47,635 bases of DNA, from positions 932,001 to 979,635 of the forward strand of contig MU058337.1 of NCBI GenBank assembly GCA_013265495.1, read 5' to 3'. The position numbers were made by a program, and so were the translations under genes. This stretch comes from Vicugna vicugna. Its lineage: Eukaryota. Shown piece by piece: positions 11,873-24,534 of the stretch. The notes below the pieces were generated by a model. It had not been told where the DNA came from. It ran no database searches and saw only the letters and a program-made list of their open reading frames with translations. Numbering within the stretch: the first letter of the stretch is position 1; every line of letters begins with the position of its first letter.

Positions 11873-13704
11873 GACTGAAAATGTAGAAGCCATGCAGATG
11901 GGATTGTCTCAAACGCTTTTAAGAGGTGATCTGAGATGAAAGCCCCAAATGAAACAAGATTGTTTGTGTTCTGCGTTCAGAGTGGAGCTTTTAAGGCTGT
12001 CCAAGAGCCACTGAGGGTTTATGGATATAATATTCTTTAGGAGAATGCTTTTAAAGCTAATCAGAAGTTGTGTAGCACAGAGGCGTTTGCAGGATTGTTG
12101 GAAGATAAATCTCTTCCTGCTGCTGGAAGTTTGGAAAGCAGGAAGGGGCAGTTTAGCCATCACCTTTCATCGGGTCCTTGTTTGTAGCACTCATCTAATG
12201 TCCTGATAGAACTTTCCTTATGAAAAGGCAAGAGCACTGAAAACAGAGAATCAGCTCACCTTAATGCTGGTTGAAAGAGCAAGGAGAGCCAGTCCTGGTA
12301 CAGTCAGTCTTGGCGTTTCACCCAGAAACCTGAGCCTGGGGTGGAGGAGCTGGAAAATTTCAGACAGAATACTTTTCTAAAATTCAAAAGGGAGGCAGAA
12401 AGGAGAACAGGTAGAATAATAATGACCCAGGGTTGGGTTCTTGTATTGAGTGATTGGCTTGTGTTTATGTAAGAAACAAGAAGTCATCAGCAGAATCCAA
12501 AATTACTGTATCCAACCTGATGCCATAAATTATCTCCTAAGGAGCATTTTTTTTTCCATGAGACATTTAATGAAATGTCTTAGGACTACATTTTAGATAC
12601 TACATAGATGTGTGGGTTTATTCCTGTTGCACGTAGATAGGTTCATAATTGTTTGAAGTTTTATTTGGGAGAATATTATTTAAGGGGGAAAATACCAATC
12701 TGAAGGGACTAAGTTTCTACCTACTGGGCTTAAACGGAGGAAGGTTGAATCAGCCTGACCATGAGAAGGGGGTAAGGCTCGCGCTCTGCCTGAACTGTTT
12801 GAATATGTCAGAAATAGTATTGGTTCAAGTTTTAGAAGTCACATTTTAAACAAAGATATTGATGGAATTAGTATCAGGAAAAAAAATGTTAACAGGTAGA
12901 AAGTCTGTAGAAATGGCTGCAATGATGTGTTTTAATGGACTTGTGGATAAATTCCATGTAGTTCCAGATGCAGGACCAGGAACAACCCACAGAAATGACT
13001 GGAAACAGAGCTCAGTTCCAGATGAGCACAAGATTTTTACCACTTAGCGTTGTCTGAAAAGGTTACAGTCTGCTTTTCCAGAGAGAAAATGTTGGCGAAT
13101 CTCCCTATCCTCAGAAAGTCATCTCACTAATTACTCCTGAAATCAGCATTTTTAGACACTTGGAACAAACTTGCTAAGTGTAGCTTTTTCTTCAGCTTAC
13201 AAAGCTAATTCAGTGTTTCCAATGGAGTTCGAGATGTTCTCCTAGCAGTGTAAATTGCACAGACTACAGGGAAGATGATTAATACTCATTACCAACCACT
13301 CACAATGTTCTCATATCTTGGTCTCAATATTCAGAAAAATAAAATTGTTCTGTTCTTTTAGCCAGCCTGTTCCCTTCAACTCATTAATTTATCTCAAAAA
13401 CTCTACTTTTCAAATTCAAAGGCCCATAATTAGAATGTTTAGCATTGATGGGAAAAGTAAAATGAATACATTATCAACAAAAATAAAAACATTTGCCATC
13501 CTTTCCAATAAATGCTTTCTCGATTTGTTCGATCCGTGGTAACTCTTGTTGTTTATCTTAAACTTTCATGTGCAATCATACTGTAAACTTCTCCACATTT
13601 TAGACGTCCTTAGCCTATATAGTCACATAAATCTTTTTTTTACAAATATTGGTAGGAAATAATGTTCTTAAAGATGTAATAGCTCCTGTTAAGACAATGT
13701 GATC

Positions 13705-13875
13705 AGTAAGAATTCATAGAGATTCACACCCGGAGGGAACATTAGAGCTTGTACAATCTAACCTTGTGTTTTAACACGAAGATTGTAATCAATAAAGGCG
13801 GCCCACGTAAGCTAGTCCCATCACCGACCAAGCACCCAGGATGCAGAACTCAGTGACTGTTCATTAAGCCATGGT
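13705..13875 (-). mobile_element. MIR/MIR3 fragment
   Basis: ggagggaacattagagcttgtacaatctaaccttgtgttttaacacgaaga resembles antisense MIR3. Confidence 0.4.
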
Positions 13876-14479
13876 TCTTTACTCAAAGGAACTATGATTT
13901 TTGCAACATTAAGCCATTATTTATTAATAATGGAAGGCTTGTAGAAATAATTCCGTATAGTTTCAAGATTTGCTCTGTAGTACTGATTTTTTATGATCCA
14001 TCACGTACCCTGCATGACTAGCAATTTAATTCCATTTCCGTCCCTTGACGTCATTCTCTGTAACTAAGGAGTCAATGTGGGGGAGTACGAAAATGCCTCA
14101 GAGATTTGGAAGATGTCTCTTTGAAGTTGTGAGTTCCCTGACCAGCAGGGGGTAGATTAGGAAAAGGCAGTTTTGTTTGTTTGGTTGGTTTTCTTTGTCT
14201 TTGGTGGGTGGGAAGAAGTAGGGAAAAAACATCCCAAAGGACAAGATACTGATGGGATGTTTTCCTCCTCAACTCTACAGTTTTCAGATTTATTTCAAAG
14301 GACTAAAATGCCCATGTCTTCCTTCTGCCAGTCAGTGTCTGTTTATTTTATATCCACAAATTTAAAAGACCCTCTTAGAGAAGTACATGACACACAGCAA
14401 GCCAGAGGTCTTGGGACCACCTTTCCTCGGAAACCACTTCCATGCCCGTCTTGCCATGTGCCACGTGTTTCCCTGTGAC

Positions 14480-15300
14480 ATTTAAAATTTATGTCTGGAG
14501 CACTCTTCTCTGCCCTAAGCTCCTGGAAATGTGACAACTTGGATGTGTCACAGATACTTCAAATTTAAGTTCTCTAAATGGCCTCCTAGTCTGACAATTC
14601 AATCCAGCTTCTCCATTCCCTGTAGCCGGTCAGTAGTACCTCATTTCACCCATTTAACCAAATTGGAACCAAATGACATCATCTTAGCAACTTAGATTCC
14701 TCAAGCGAGCAGAGCCTGAGCACATGCAGTGGCATTAGACCACCTTGATTGGTGATTCTGGGGGTGGCATGACCTTGGGTAAGCTGTTTAAATCTAACAA
14801 TACTGCCATTGAATCCTCTGTATAGTGAGGATAATGATATTTGAACCTATCTGTATAGATTTTTGAGGGGTTAATGAATTAATATTTATTATTTAATATT
14901 CTATATTTATATTATTTTATATTTATACAGCTCTAAGAACAGTGCATGACATATCATAAGCTCTTTTTCCTCACATCACCAGTTTTCATCAAGTATCTCC
15001 TTGGATATTTTCTTTATCCACCCCAGCCTGTCTATCCTGGCTGCCAGGGCTTGAGTTCAGGCTGTTTTCACCTCTCTGTGAAACACTGCAATTGTCATTT
15101 CTATTAATCTTCCCACCTTGGGTCTTTCCTTGAATCCATCCTTTATGGTCCTGGCAGAGTGATTCTCTGATACATAAATCTAATCTGTTCAGTGTTCATC
15201 AGTTTAAGATTCCTCTGTGACTCGTTATCTTAACACCTAAACCCCTTAGTGTGGTTGATGAGACCATTCATGAATGGCCTGCCTGGCAGTTGGTCCAGTC
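14480..15300 (+). mobile_element. L2 fragment interrupted by a MIR
   Basis: acttggatgtgtcacagatacttcaaatttaag and ggcagagtgattctctgatacataaatctaatc are L2 motifs on either side of the MIR. Confidence 0.6.
14700..14962 (+). mobile_element. MIR nested in L2
   Basis: catgaccttgggtaagctgtttaaatct...ctgtatagtgaggataatgat...ctctaagaacagtgcatgacatatcataagctc. Confidence 0.65.
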
Positions 15301-15559
15301 TTACATGGTGGTACTTCCTCTCTCACATCTTTCAAAATCAGTAGTGGTCAATACCCTGTCTCTGTCCTCCAGCATCTGTTTCAGCTGTTTAGAACTGGAA
15401 TGGCTTGGCAGACTAAGCTCCCTGAACTATACTGCTTAATCTCTTCCTCCTGGACAAATGTAAGTCTAAGCAGGACGATGTTTGCATGTATGTGTCTTGG
15501 AAATGTGCTTACATTCACTTTAAAGATGTTTCTACAAATGGGAGCCACTATACATACAC

Positions 15560-15930
15560 GGTGCTTCACCTTGCATTCAGAATTTAACAGCACCTAGTGG
15601 ACATTTTCCCATAAGTAGTACATATTGATTGGATCACTTTTAATTGCTGTTTTATAAATTTTATTTAAACCCCAGTCCCCAACAATGAACCTTTCATTTG
15701 CCCCATATTTTTGCGCTATGAACAATGAAGCTATGAACATCCTTGTGCACGGCCTTTACTTACATGTGCAAGAACAGCAATTGAGAAAATTATGAGAAGT
15801 AGAATTAAGTCAAAGGATGTGAACATTTACAATTTTAATAAATATTTCCAAGTTGCAGTTCAAGAAGTAGTCCCAACTTTTACTCCCACCATAACACATG
15901 AGTGTTGCCATTAATCCTACTCCTCCCCTA
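15560..15930 (-). mobile_element. Old L1 (L1ME-type) 3' fragment
   Basis: gctatgaacatccttgtgcac...agaagtagaatt...gtcaaaggatgtgaacattt...tactcccacc is antisense L1M sequence. Confidence 0.7.
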
Positions 15931-18539
15931 AAGCATATAGCCTTTTTCACTTCATCTGTATAAATCTAAATTTTCATTTGAAAACCATACTTTATAAATA
16001 ATGACTCTCTCCTCAGTGATATTTTTTTAAGTTTGAAAAAGTAGTAACCATACTATGGCGCAATACAGAATGAATTATGATTTTTGCAATTTGCACACAT
16101 ACAACCACCCCATAACATGGAGGAACTTGTTAAAGCTGTGTCAAGTTCTGTGCAAAAAATACAAATATGAATTATAGCTTTTATTTCTCTAAGGCATTTT
16201 AAGGTGATACTAAAAGAGTGAAAAACTCCGAAAGGATGTTTATTATATGCTCATTGACATTGATTTATTTAATTTACATATGTTGTCAGAAAATTGTCAT
16301 TTGTAAAGAAATCCTTAGTATATAAATGTTTTCCTAATGAAATGAAATGGAAGTTAACAGATAAAAGTATTTGATTTCTTTGCTTTTATCTGGTAGAACT
16401 ATCACGGTGCAGTCTTATCTCCTCATGATGTTTGGATGCTTCTTATAAAAAGCGGTGACACAAAGCCTCTAGAATTCTCAGGGACTGTTCCTTCTGTCAG
16501 TTCTGTTCACATACGCTGTTGGGTTTTGCATGTTTTCTAAGCACCTTTTCATTCCCCAAATTCAACTTTTTCCTGCTCTACTCAACTCTTTTGTTAGTCT
16601 TTGCTTCTTTTTGTTATTAACTGGAAGGCTTTCTGTGAGCTTTTTATTTAAAAAAAAAAATCTAGAGTTAATATTTTACTGCTTTATCTGATTGTATCTC
16701 TTTGCTTTAGTTATGTTAGATTATGGTATGGAGATTGTAGTTTAATATAATTATTGGTTAAGGGTCCAAAACCGTGTTCATTATTTCCTTGTGTTGCAGA
16801 TTATTTTGAATATATTATCAATATGCATGTTATAGGCTACTATTTCATATAATCATCTAGTATATACTCTCAGTATTGATAAACTTAAATTAAAATAGAA
16901 AGCCAATCTGTCCTGGACATAATGTTTCTTACCTTGTCCAAATTAAGATTAAACTTTGAACTTTGTGTGTCTGATCAGAGAATTTCGGAGCGAGATTAAT
17001 TTTTCACCTAAAGATGATTCCCAGGATTTCTACAAAATTTTCAAGCCTCTGACTTGTTTAAACCTCACACATGTAAAATCATTATCAACATTGTGGAGAA
17101 AATGGATAAATCTTTCTTTCTCTTTCTAGAGTCTTAGGATGATTTTGTTAAGATCAAGTCTTCCAAGGACGTATACACTTTAATGATATCATTAGAAACG
17201 TGTTAAAATCTATACTTAAGTAGGCAAGTGTTCCTGTCTTGATGAAGGATTTTACGCATGGGCTGGCTGACTCTAGAAAATAGTTAAATTATTGTTTTAA
17301 TTCTTAGCTTGTCTCCAAACAACCACACTGTGATTCCAAATAATCTTTTCTTTTGCTGAATATGTTTTGTCATAACTAATAAAACATTAAATGTAAAACT
17401 GAGTATTATTCTGATTGCAAAGTCAGAATTGCAGTCTGGGTTACTAATGTTTCTACTATAATGTTAGATGAGTTCCATGTCTGCAAAACAACCTGTTTTC
17501 TTTCTTCGTAGAAAACATCTTTCATTTATATTTCTAAAAATAAAATAAAAACGAAGGTGTTTACTTTTGTAATTGTTCCAGCACCTCCCACTACGGCTTG
17601 TTGTGATGGCTGCAACGATGACTTAATTAAAGATTTAGGTGCTAGTCTTTGGCAACAGAGGATTTTAAAACGAGGCTATCAGTTGCAAATAAATCAGCAA
17701 AATGCAAATAAAGTGAATTTTTAAAAAGCAGAGAATTATAGCTGAAGCTGTTAGGATTTTGAGACTTTTTACTTCAATTTTATTTATAATTTGTATTGAG
17801 AAGTGACTATGCCTATTTCTAAAACTTTAGAAAGGAGAAACCCAAAGAAAAAGCTTCTTTTAAAACAAGGAGAGATGCTGTAGAATTTAAAGAGAAAGAA
17901 CACTAAGCAAAAATAGAGACTCAGCTGAACATAGGAAGAAGCTCCCAAAATTTTCACTCAGATTTGGATAAGTTTGGAAGTCCTGGAAGAACTGTATTTT
18001 GGTTTTTAAAACAGGAAACACATATTCAAAAGTAAATCTGAAAAAAAATTGCATTGGAAATTGTGTTTGCTCAATACCAGTATGAAATCTCCTGTAGTGT
18101 TTTATTCTACATTTTATGACAAAGTAAGTAACCAAGAGAAGGTTGTCAAGGTAAGACTATGGAAGTCTTTTCAAGTCAGACAGAGGAAGCGACTCACGCA
18201 ATGTGACAACTTTGTAAACCTCTAAGTATGAAAAATGCTCAGTGAACAACGGTGTTTTGACAAAGCCGATCTGTCAGCCTCCTTCACCATGGGCGTGGGA
18301 GTCGGCGATGGAGGAAGGAGCCCTGCAGGGAGCCTGACTGAGAAGCGCAGCCGTGGAGTCGGGTAAACCTGAGGCATTTTCAAGGAAACATGAACTTATT
18401 ACTGAGTGACTATATTGACCAAGAATGGGAGAATTCCTGAATTCGTTCACATTTTCTATTTGGATACACCAAATGGGTGTTGAGAAAAGAACCCATTTGA
18501 AGGAAAATGTCACATACTTACTTTTATTTAAGTTGAATT

Positions 18540-19134
18540 TACTAGTGAAAAATCAGCCTCTGTACCCTGAAAAGCGAATTCAAACTTGGAGGCAAAGTCT
18601 GGGAACAAAGGAATGAGCAGCTTTATCGCTTTGCCGGCAAAGGGAGCCGCAGCAGGCTCGTGCTTTAGAGGACTCTGTTGTGGGCTGGGGCTTGGTGGCC
18701 ATCTAGGTAAACGGGACGGGGGGCAGCCATGGTATCGATCAACACTGCTCTTCTACAAGAGTTCCCCAGGCGTCACGAGAACTTCAGGTGGTCCACCAGA
18801 GGGTCATCTGCCTGAGACCTCTCCTATCTTGATCTCATCCATTTGGCCTACCAGGGGCTTCTGGAAGGTCTGATCATTTTCCTAAGGTTATTATTCTGTG
18901 ACCTTCTTCCTGGAACAGAGCTTCTGGTTTTAGGTGCAAATTATTTAGGGTGAGGCATAAATCACAGAGTTGGGTTGCTAAGCATGAGAGTCAATCAAGC
19001 AAATCAAACAATAATAGTAGCAGAAGGGAGAACAGGTTAGTCAGCCAGAAAGGATTTGAAGAGAACAAGCTAATCAGTCATAGTTTACTCTTTGAGCTGC
19101 CTTAGCATCGGGGAAGCCATCTGACTCCTTCACA
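18540..19134 (-). mobile_element. ERV1-class solo LTR of laurasiatherian type
   Basis: agctttatcgctttgccggcaaagggagccgcagcaggct resembles the U5/poly(A) region of ungulate ERV1 LTRs, and the element ends in CA at 19134. The left terminus is degenerate and no TSD was confirmed. Confidence 0.7.
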
Positions 19135-19344
19135 TTTAAGGTGCGGGCAGGGAATTGGAAGTTTCCAACTAACCACTGGGGAGTGTGTGGCAGTCCCTGG
19201 AGAAGCACTTCAGGAGTGTCTGGGCTGACGTTGTAGTGGAAAACGAAGGCGCACACTGAAGGCATTTTCAGATGAGTTGTCCTGCTCCACTAGTTGGCAA
19301 CTGTATTGCTTTGATTCCATTGTTTCAGTTGCATAAGCTTTTTT

Positions 19345-20045
19345 TTTTTCATTTGTTCTTAATTCGACAAGTGTTTTTAACTGTTTACTGAAAATATTTT
19401 GCACTGTGCTATGCACTGGAGATGTTAACAGAAGAATAAGCAGGGTTCCTTCTGGGGTGGATAGTCTACTAGGCAATATAAACAAGTGAAAGACAATGAA
19501 GTTCAATGTCCAAAAAGGTATATACCTAACTGAGACTCGGCAAGGAGGAGATCTGCAAGAGAAAACGGTGTTCGTGCTGACAGAATTGTGGTAAGACTGG
19601 AGGGAAGAATGCAGGGAACATTCTAGTGAAAGGGAAGATCATGAGTGAAGGGATGGGTGTGATAAAGAGGGACACTGTTCAGTGTTTGAGGAAGGAAAAT
19701 TCAGTCGTTCTGGAGAATTAAGATGAGAGCGTAACTAGGGGAGAGAAACGGAGTTTAGAGAGTAGTGCAAAAAAAAGCTAAAAAGTGCTAAGCAGGGTGA
19801 CATCATGCAGAGTCTCATTAAGGAATTAGTACATCATCCTGAGGCAAAGAGGAGATGAAAGGATTTGCATTTGTAGAAGATTATTCAGACCACCAGGTGG
19901 AAAGTGGATTCCAGGAGGCCAGCTGGCGGCCAGAGCCTCATTAGGAGGCAACCATGGTGTTCCTGGACAGGCGGGGCGCTGGCCTCATTGGGTAGCAGCA
20001 CTGGGGCTCAAGACAAAGGTAGCAGATTTGAGAGGGATTTAGAAG
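19345..20045 (-). mobile_element. L2 LINE 3' region
   Basis: ttcatttgttcttaattcgacaag...gcactgtgctatgcactggagat...ggatttgcatttgtagaagatt...agatttgagagggattt. Confidence 0.75.
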
Positions 20046-20269
20046 ACGGTCAGGCTTGGTAAGTTATGAACAGTCAGTGCCTTGCAAAGTTGCGCTGTTT
20101 TCTTTCCTTGCTCTATTTTTGCGTGAGAGTTCAGCTGGGTTGCGGTTAGGATTCGTCTTTTCAATATGGAAGCTCAGGAGACCTTGGAGATACATTCACG
20201 TTGCTCATGAGTCGTCGAAAACAATTCCTGCCCCTTGTAATCTGTCAGTTTGAGGGCTTTACACCGGAT

Positions 20270-20700
20270 GCTTGTTTACACCTGCTCTTGGTGCTACTCT
20301 CGGTCATTTCTTTCCCTTCTTTTATTATTTTCTCTGTTATTTTCTGGAAATTTTCTCATTTTATCTTTCAAACACTACATTAATATTTTTATTCAAGCTA
20401 ATATATTTAAATTTCCAAGACTTCCCACTTCTGTACTTAGTTTGTATGTCGTGAATGCAGTTTTTTCCCTTTTATTTCTATGAGAATATGATTTTTTGTA
20501 ATACTGACATTTTCTCCTGCTCTGTGTATTACGACAGTGTTTCCAGGTTTTCTCTCTGGGTTTGTTTTTGGTTTCATTTTTCTTAAGTAAGAAACTGTCT
20601 CAAATATCTTACGGCACTTTCAGGAGTGCGTATGAGTGTGATTAGGAGCGAGACACTTAAAAGCTGACTGGATGATCACTCGCTGGTGGCTGGGAATTTT
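20270..20700 (-). mobile_element. HAL1 / old L1 fragment
   Basis: taggagcgagacacttaaaagctgactgga matches the recalled HAL1 motif, within a T-rich antisense body. Confidence 0.55.
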
Positions 20701-21896
20701 GCAGCCATTCTAGAGCTCTCTGTGCTAATTCCCCGAGGTGGGCGCCCGACATTTATCTTTCTTTCTAGGTCAGTGACGACTTCTCCACTGGCTTTCACTC
20801 TTTTTATGGATTGTGATTCCGGGTTTTAGGTGCCTGAGTTTCATGAAAGATTATATTTCTATTCTGATTCTCCTTGATGTTATTTTTAAGATGTCTAAGT
20901 ACAGAAAGCAGTTTTAGAAATTCTGAACTTTGCCATCCCCAAACCAAAAGTCTGCCATTTAATTCTTTTCAGGTTTTCATTGAGCACTTTTTTTGGAAAC
21001 TGAATTATGATGAATTTGCTCAGAGATTATCATATAATTATGACGTAATAAACAATTCAATATAGTTCAGTCTTTAGAAAACTCTTTTTTTGGCTATTGT
21101 GCTACACTGTTCACTTCTAACCCAGTAAAGCTAATGAATACCACAAAAAAACAGAGTTTTTAGTAATTAGAACGCTTTTAAGTTCTGAGATAGATGTTTT
21201 AAGATCTGACAGTTTTCATATTAAAGAAGCAACAGCAACCATTTTGCTTTTCAGATGGCGCTTTTAAAATTGACATATGATTTCAATTACAGTTAAACTT
21301 GGATGCTAAACATGTTTTTCTTTAAAAGACGCATGCTGGGAGGTAACGGATTATTTTTCTGTACTCGACCCCTCTTCACACATTTTTTTCACTTAAACTG
21401 TAGATGAAGTACCTTCGAGCCAAAATCATACAAACAGGACTGATAGCAGAGGTGGGACCAGCCGAAGAACAATCTCATTTCACAGAAAAAAAAAGTGTTA
21501 GAACGTCACCAGGATACTTGGCTGCCTGAGAGCTGTTCTCTTATCAGATTGATATCTTTTCCCACCTCAGGCCACATTTTCTAATTTCTTGCCAGTCTTT
21601 TCACTCATACATGGTGTTTACTAATCACAGACGATTTCATTGCGTTAATGATAAGGTGCTTGATATATTTACATAATTCAACATAAAAAGAAAATCAAGG
21701 CTTTTGCTGTTGTTATTTCAGCATTATTTTCATGTCAGGAGAGGCTCCCATTCTCCTTTAAATTTGGTGTAATGAAATTCATGGTGATATGCTGATATAA
21801 AGAAACATCAGTGGTGAGAAGAAAAAGAAAATCTGTTTCCTTTTTCAATGTTTGAGGAGAAATCACATCTTGATATGCGAAGTACCGAGACAGTAA

Positions 21897-21981
21897 AAGC
21901 AAAACACAAAACAAAACAAAACAAAAAACAGCACACACACAAAGGATACACACACACACACACACACAACCACACACACAC
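21897..21981. repeat. Compound microsatellite (AAAAC)n then (CA)n
   Basis: aaaacacaaaacaaaacaaaacaaaaaaca...cacacacacacacacacaaccacacacaca is directly visible. Confidence 0.95.
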
Positions 21982-21987
21982 CCTCAC

Positions 21988-22085
21988 CTGCATTTTCCTG
22001 CTAACTCATTAGTAGCTCATGAACCAAAGTGCCCTGTGGAGTTGACCTCTGGAACGTCCGGGGCCATCCAGCAGGGTACAGTGCT
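21988..22085 (-). other. Candidate non-coding/5'UTR exon (98 nt)
   Basis: Minus strand: ttgttttatttcttcattttaag|AGCAC...AAATGCAG|GTGAGG, followed by a (TG)n tract. All three frames contain stops, and the exon ends in ATG CAG. Confidence 0.35.
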
Positions 22086-22199
22086 CTTAAAATGAAGAAA
22101 TAAAACAACTATTATAAGTGTTTGCTTCAGAGGAATTCTCTCTTCTGTTAAAACTCAGAGAATGAATATAATTGTAAAAGAGAACCAGGGCCCCAGGAA

Positions 22200-22545
22200 G
22201 AAAGCGAAGCTGAAATTCCAGCCTCACGGTGACCAAATCCATTAAGTAAGCAACGCCCTTTGCCGGGGACTCCGTGACCCGCCTGCAGCGCAGCCAGCGC
22301 TCCGGTGAGTGGAGTGAGACTCGGGACTGGGGGCGACCGCTCCCCCGGAGCCGACACGGTAGGTGTGGGCAGCGCTGCCCCACAACTGACCGCGGGGGCC
22401 AGCTGTGCCTTCCCGGCACGCGTTCTCGCCGGGGACTCGGGTGTGTGGCCCTCCTGGCAGGGCGACGCCAGTTCATCCGCTGTCAGCTCAAGCTTTCCCG
22501 AGTCAAATAAACTGTCTTCTCTTGTCAGCGCCGGAGTCTCACTTG
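22200..22545. promoter_or_regulatory. Small CpG island, candidate promoter/enhancer
   Basis: About 30 CpGs in ~340 bp by hand count, in an otherwise CpG-poor window. It contains a plus-strand donor CCG|GTGAGT at 22304/22305 followed by G-triplets. Confidence 0.7.
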
Positions 22546-23289
22546 CCTCAGGATTTCTCTGCGAATTTTGGGAAACATAAAATGATAGTGACCATGTTCT
22601 TTGGCATTTAGAAGCAGGCATGTTTCTGAGCGTAATTCGGATGGTCAGGGACTCTGGATGCCAGCGAACGTGAGACAGGAGTGAGAAGGGCTGAGAGCTG
22701 TCACTCTGGAAACCACGCTGTTCAGGTCTGCTGCTTTTAGTCTTTTCTGTATTCAGAGAAAGCATTTCACCAAACAAAAACAAGAGTTTCTATTGTTTGT
22801 CATTATGATGCTTATTCACTCATCGACATTTTCATGAAACTACCAGGTTGCAGGCAGACAGGAAAACGCACGCACGAGGCAACATCCTCACATTCATGAA
22901 CGCCCTGGTGAAAGGGGAGAGTGAAACAGATAACACATTTCTACTGGAAATAGCCTCTTAAAAGATAGATACACAAGCAGGCGAGACGGAGCTGGGCTGT
23001 AGCCTCAACGCCTTTCACTGAATTAGAAGTCAAAGAAATTCAGCACCTCAAAAAGCTAACGGAATTTAAAAATGGGCAGGTAAGACAAAATTCAAAGAGG
23101 CCGATGGCTGGCTGGTGGGGAGAAGAAGGGAGAAGAAGGTGTGAACATCCTCGTTGGCTGGAGAAAACAGCCTCTGGTCACTCCTGTTCCAGCATGTCAC
23201 TTTTTTGCTAGTATCTATAGGTAATTTTGCAATAAGTATGTTGGTTAATAAGTGTTTTTCATATTAAGCTTGATTTTTTAGGAGACTTA

Positions 23290-23690
23290 TATAACTAGGA
23301 TTAGTGGATGGAAGGTATGAGCAATAAAAATTCCCCGATATATATTTCAAATACCTTTTCTGAAGACTACGCCAGGTCACACTCACGCCCACGACATCTG
23401 AGGGGGCTAGCATCACCCGTGTCTTGTTTGCATACATTTCTGTCTCTCCGTAGCATTTCTGAGGGAGAAAGGTAACATGTGGCTTATTTTAAAAGCATTT
23501 GAGGCTGAATATTTTCTGTCAGTAGTTGACTGGGTGCTCGTATTTCCTTTGCTCCAAGTGGTCATTTCATGTCCTGCACCCATGAACTTCCGGAAACTAA
23601 CAGCCTATTTGTAATTCATGGGAAATTACTGGTAATGTTTCATATTGTTACAAATATTTCTCAGTTTCTTTTTAAAATTTTGGTTGATTG
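23290..23690 (-). mobile_element. Old L1 (L1ME-type) fragment
   Basis: gaggctgaatattttctgtcagtagttgactggg...tatttcctt...tgttacaaatatttctcagtt resembles the antisense L1 ORF2 end. Confidence 0.5.
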
Positions 23691-24534
23691 CTATCGACAC
23701 TTAAAGAATAAAGACATAGATACGAAGTAGAGGAAAAACAGAGGAAAAGCGATGCAGAAATTTGATGAGATTCCCAGTGGTTTCCTGGGTAAGAGACAGT
23801 GTAGAAACACAGTGGTGTCAGCAGCACAAATACTGTATTTAGTGCCCCCCCCGTCCCCCACACATACATTACACCGGTCTTACACTAAGGGTGCAACATG
23901 ATATACTTCATAATATTAATCGCTCCTTAGAAGAGAATCATAATATTATTAACGAGAGTTATAAATTGCATCATGGAGTAGAGTCTAATATGTCACTTGT
24001 AAGTAATTAACTGCCCATGATCATTAATCACGGTGAGTTTATTACGTCCACTTAAAACATTAGTACAAAGTGGATGAAGATTTCTCTTTTCTTAATGTCT
24101 CATGAGCGTTCTTTGGCAGTTAGACAGAAAACTATTCTATTTGTGTGAAAGGACACCTAATTCCCTCACTTGTTCAGGGGACGAAGCCATCCACAGTGCT
24201 TCGTGTCTGCCGTTACAGCTCCAACAACTTCTTCTTGTATTTAAAAAAAAAAGAATCATGTAAATATGGTCCAACTGAATCAATTGTACTGATCAGGACA
24301 AATGATTCGCCATTGAAGTGACTGCGTTCTGCCCAGGGGGTGGCAGTGCCCCACTGAATCAGCAACCACAACTTTCCACTTCCTCTCTTCGTCCTCTCAC
24401 CTCTGTCTCAGGAAATATGCACCTTCTTAATGTAGGAAATAGTTTTGTTGTCATGGCAAACAGAACAGAAACAAAACATTGTTTCTTACCAGTAGGGGGA
24501 AGAGACGGCCCAAAGCACAATGGAAGCTCTCACC

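Noticed and set aside
12959..13025. AGTTCCAGATG direct repeat (2 copies, ~54 bp apart)
   Set aside because: Only two short copies, not an array.
16933..17007. Minus-strand exon with donor AAG|GTAAGA
   Set aside because: The acceptor is weak and all frames contain stops.
22162..22245. Short plus-strand ORF MNIIVKENQGPRKKAKLKFQPHGDQIH
   Set aside because: It is 27 codons and ends in a stop before any donor; at most a uORF.
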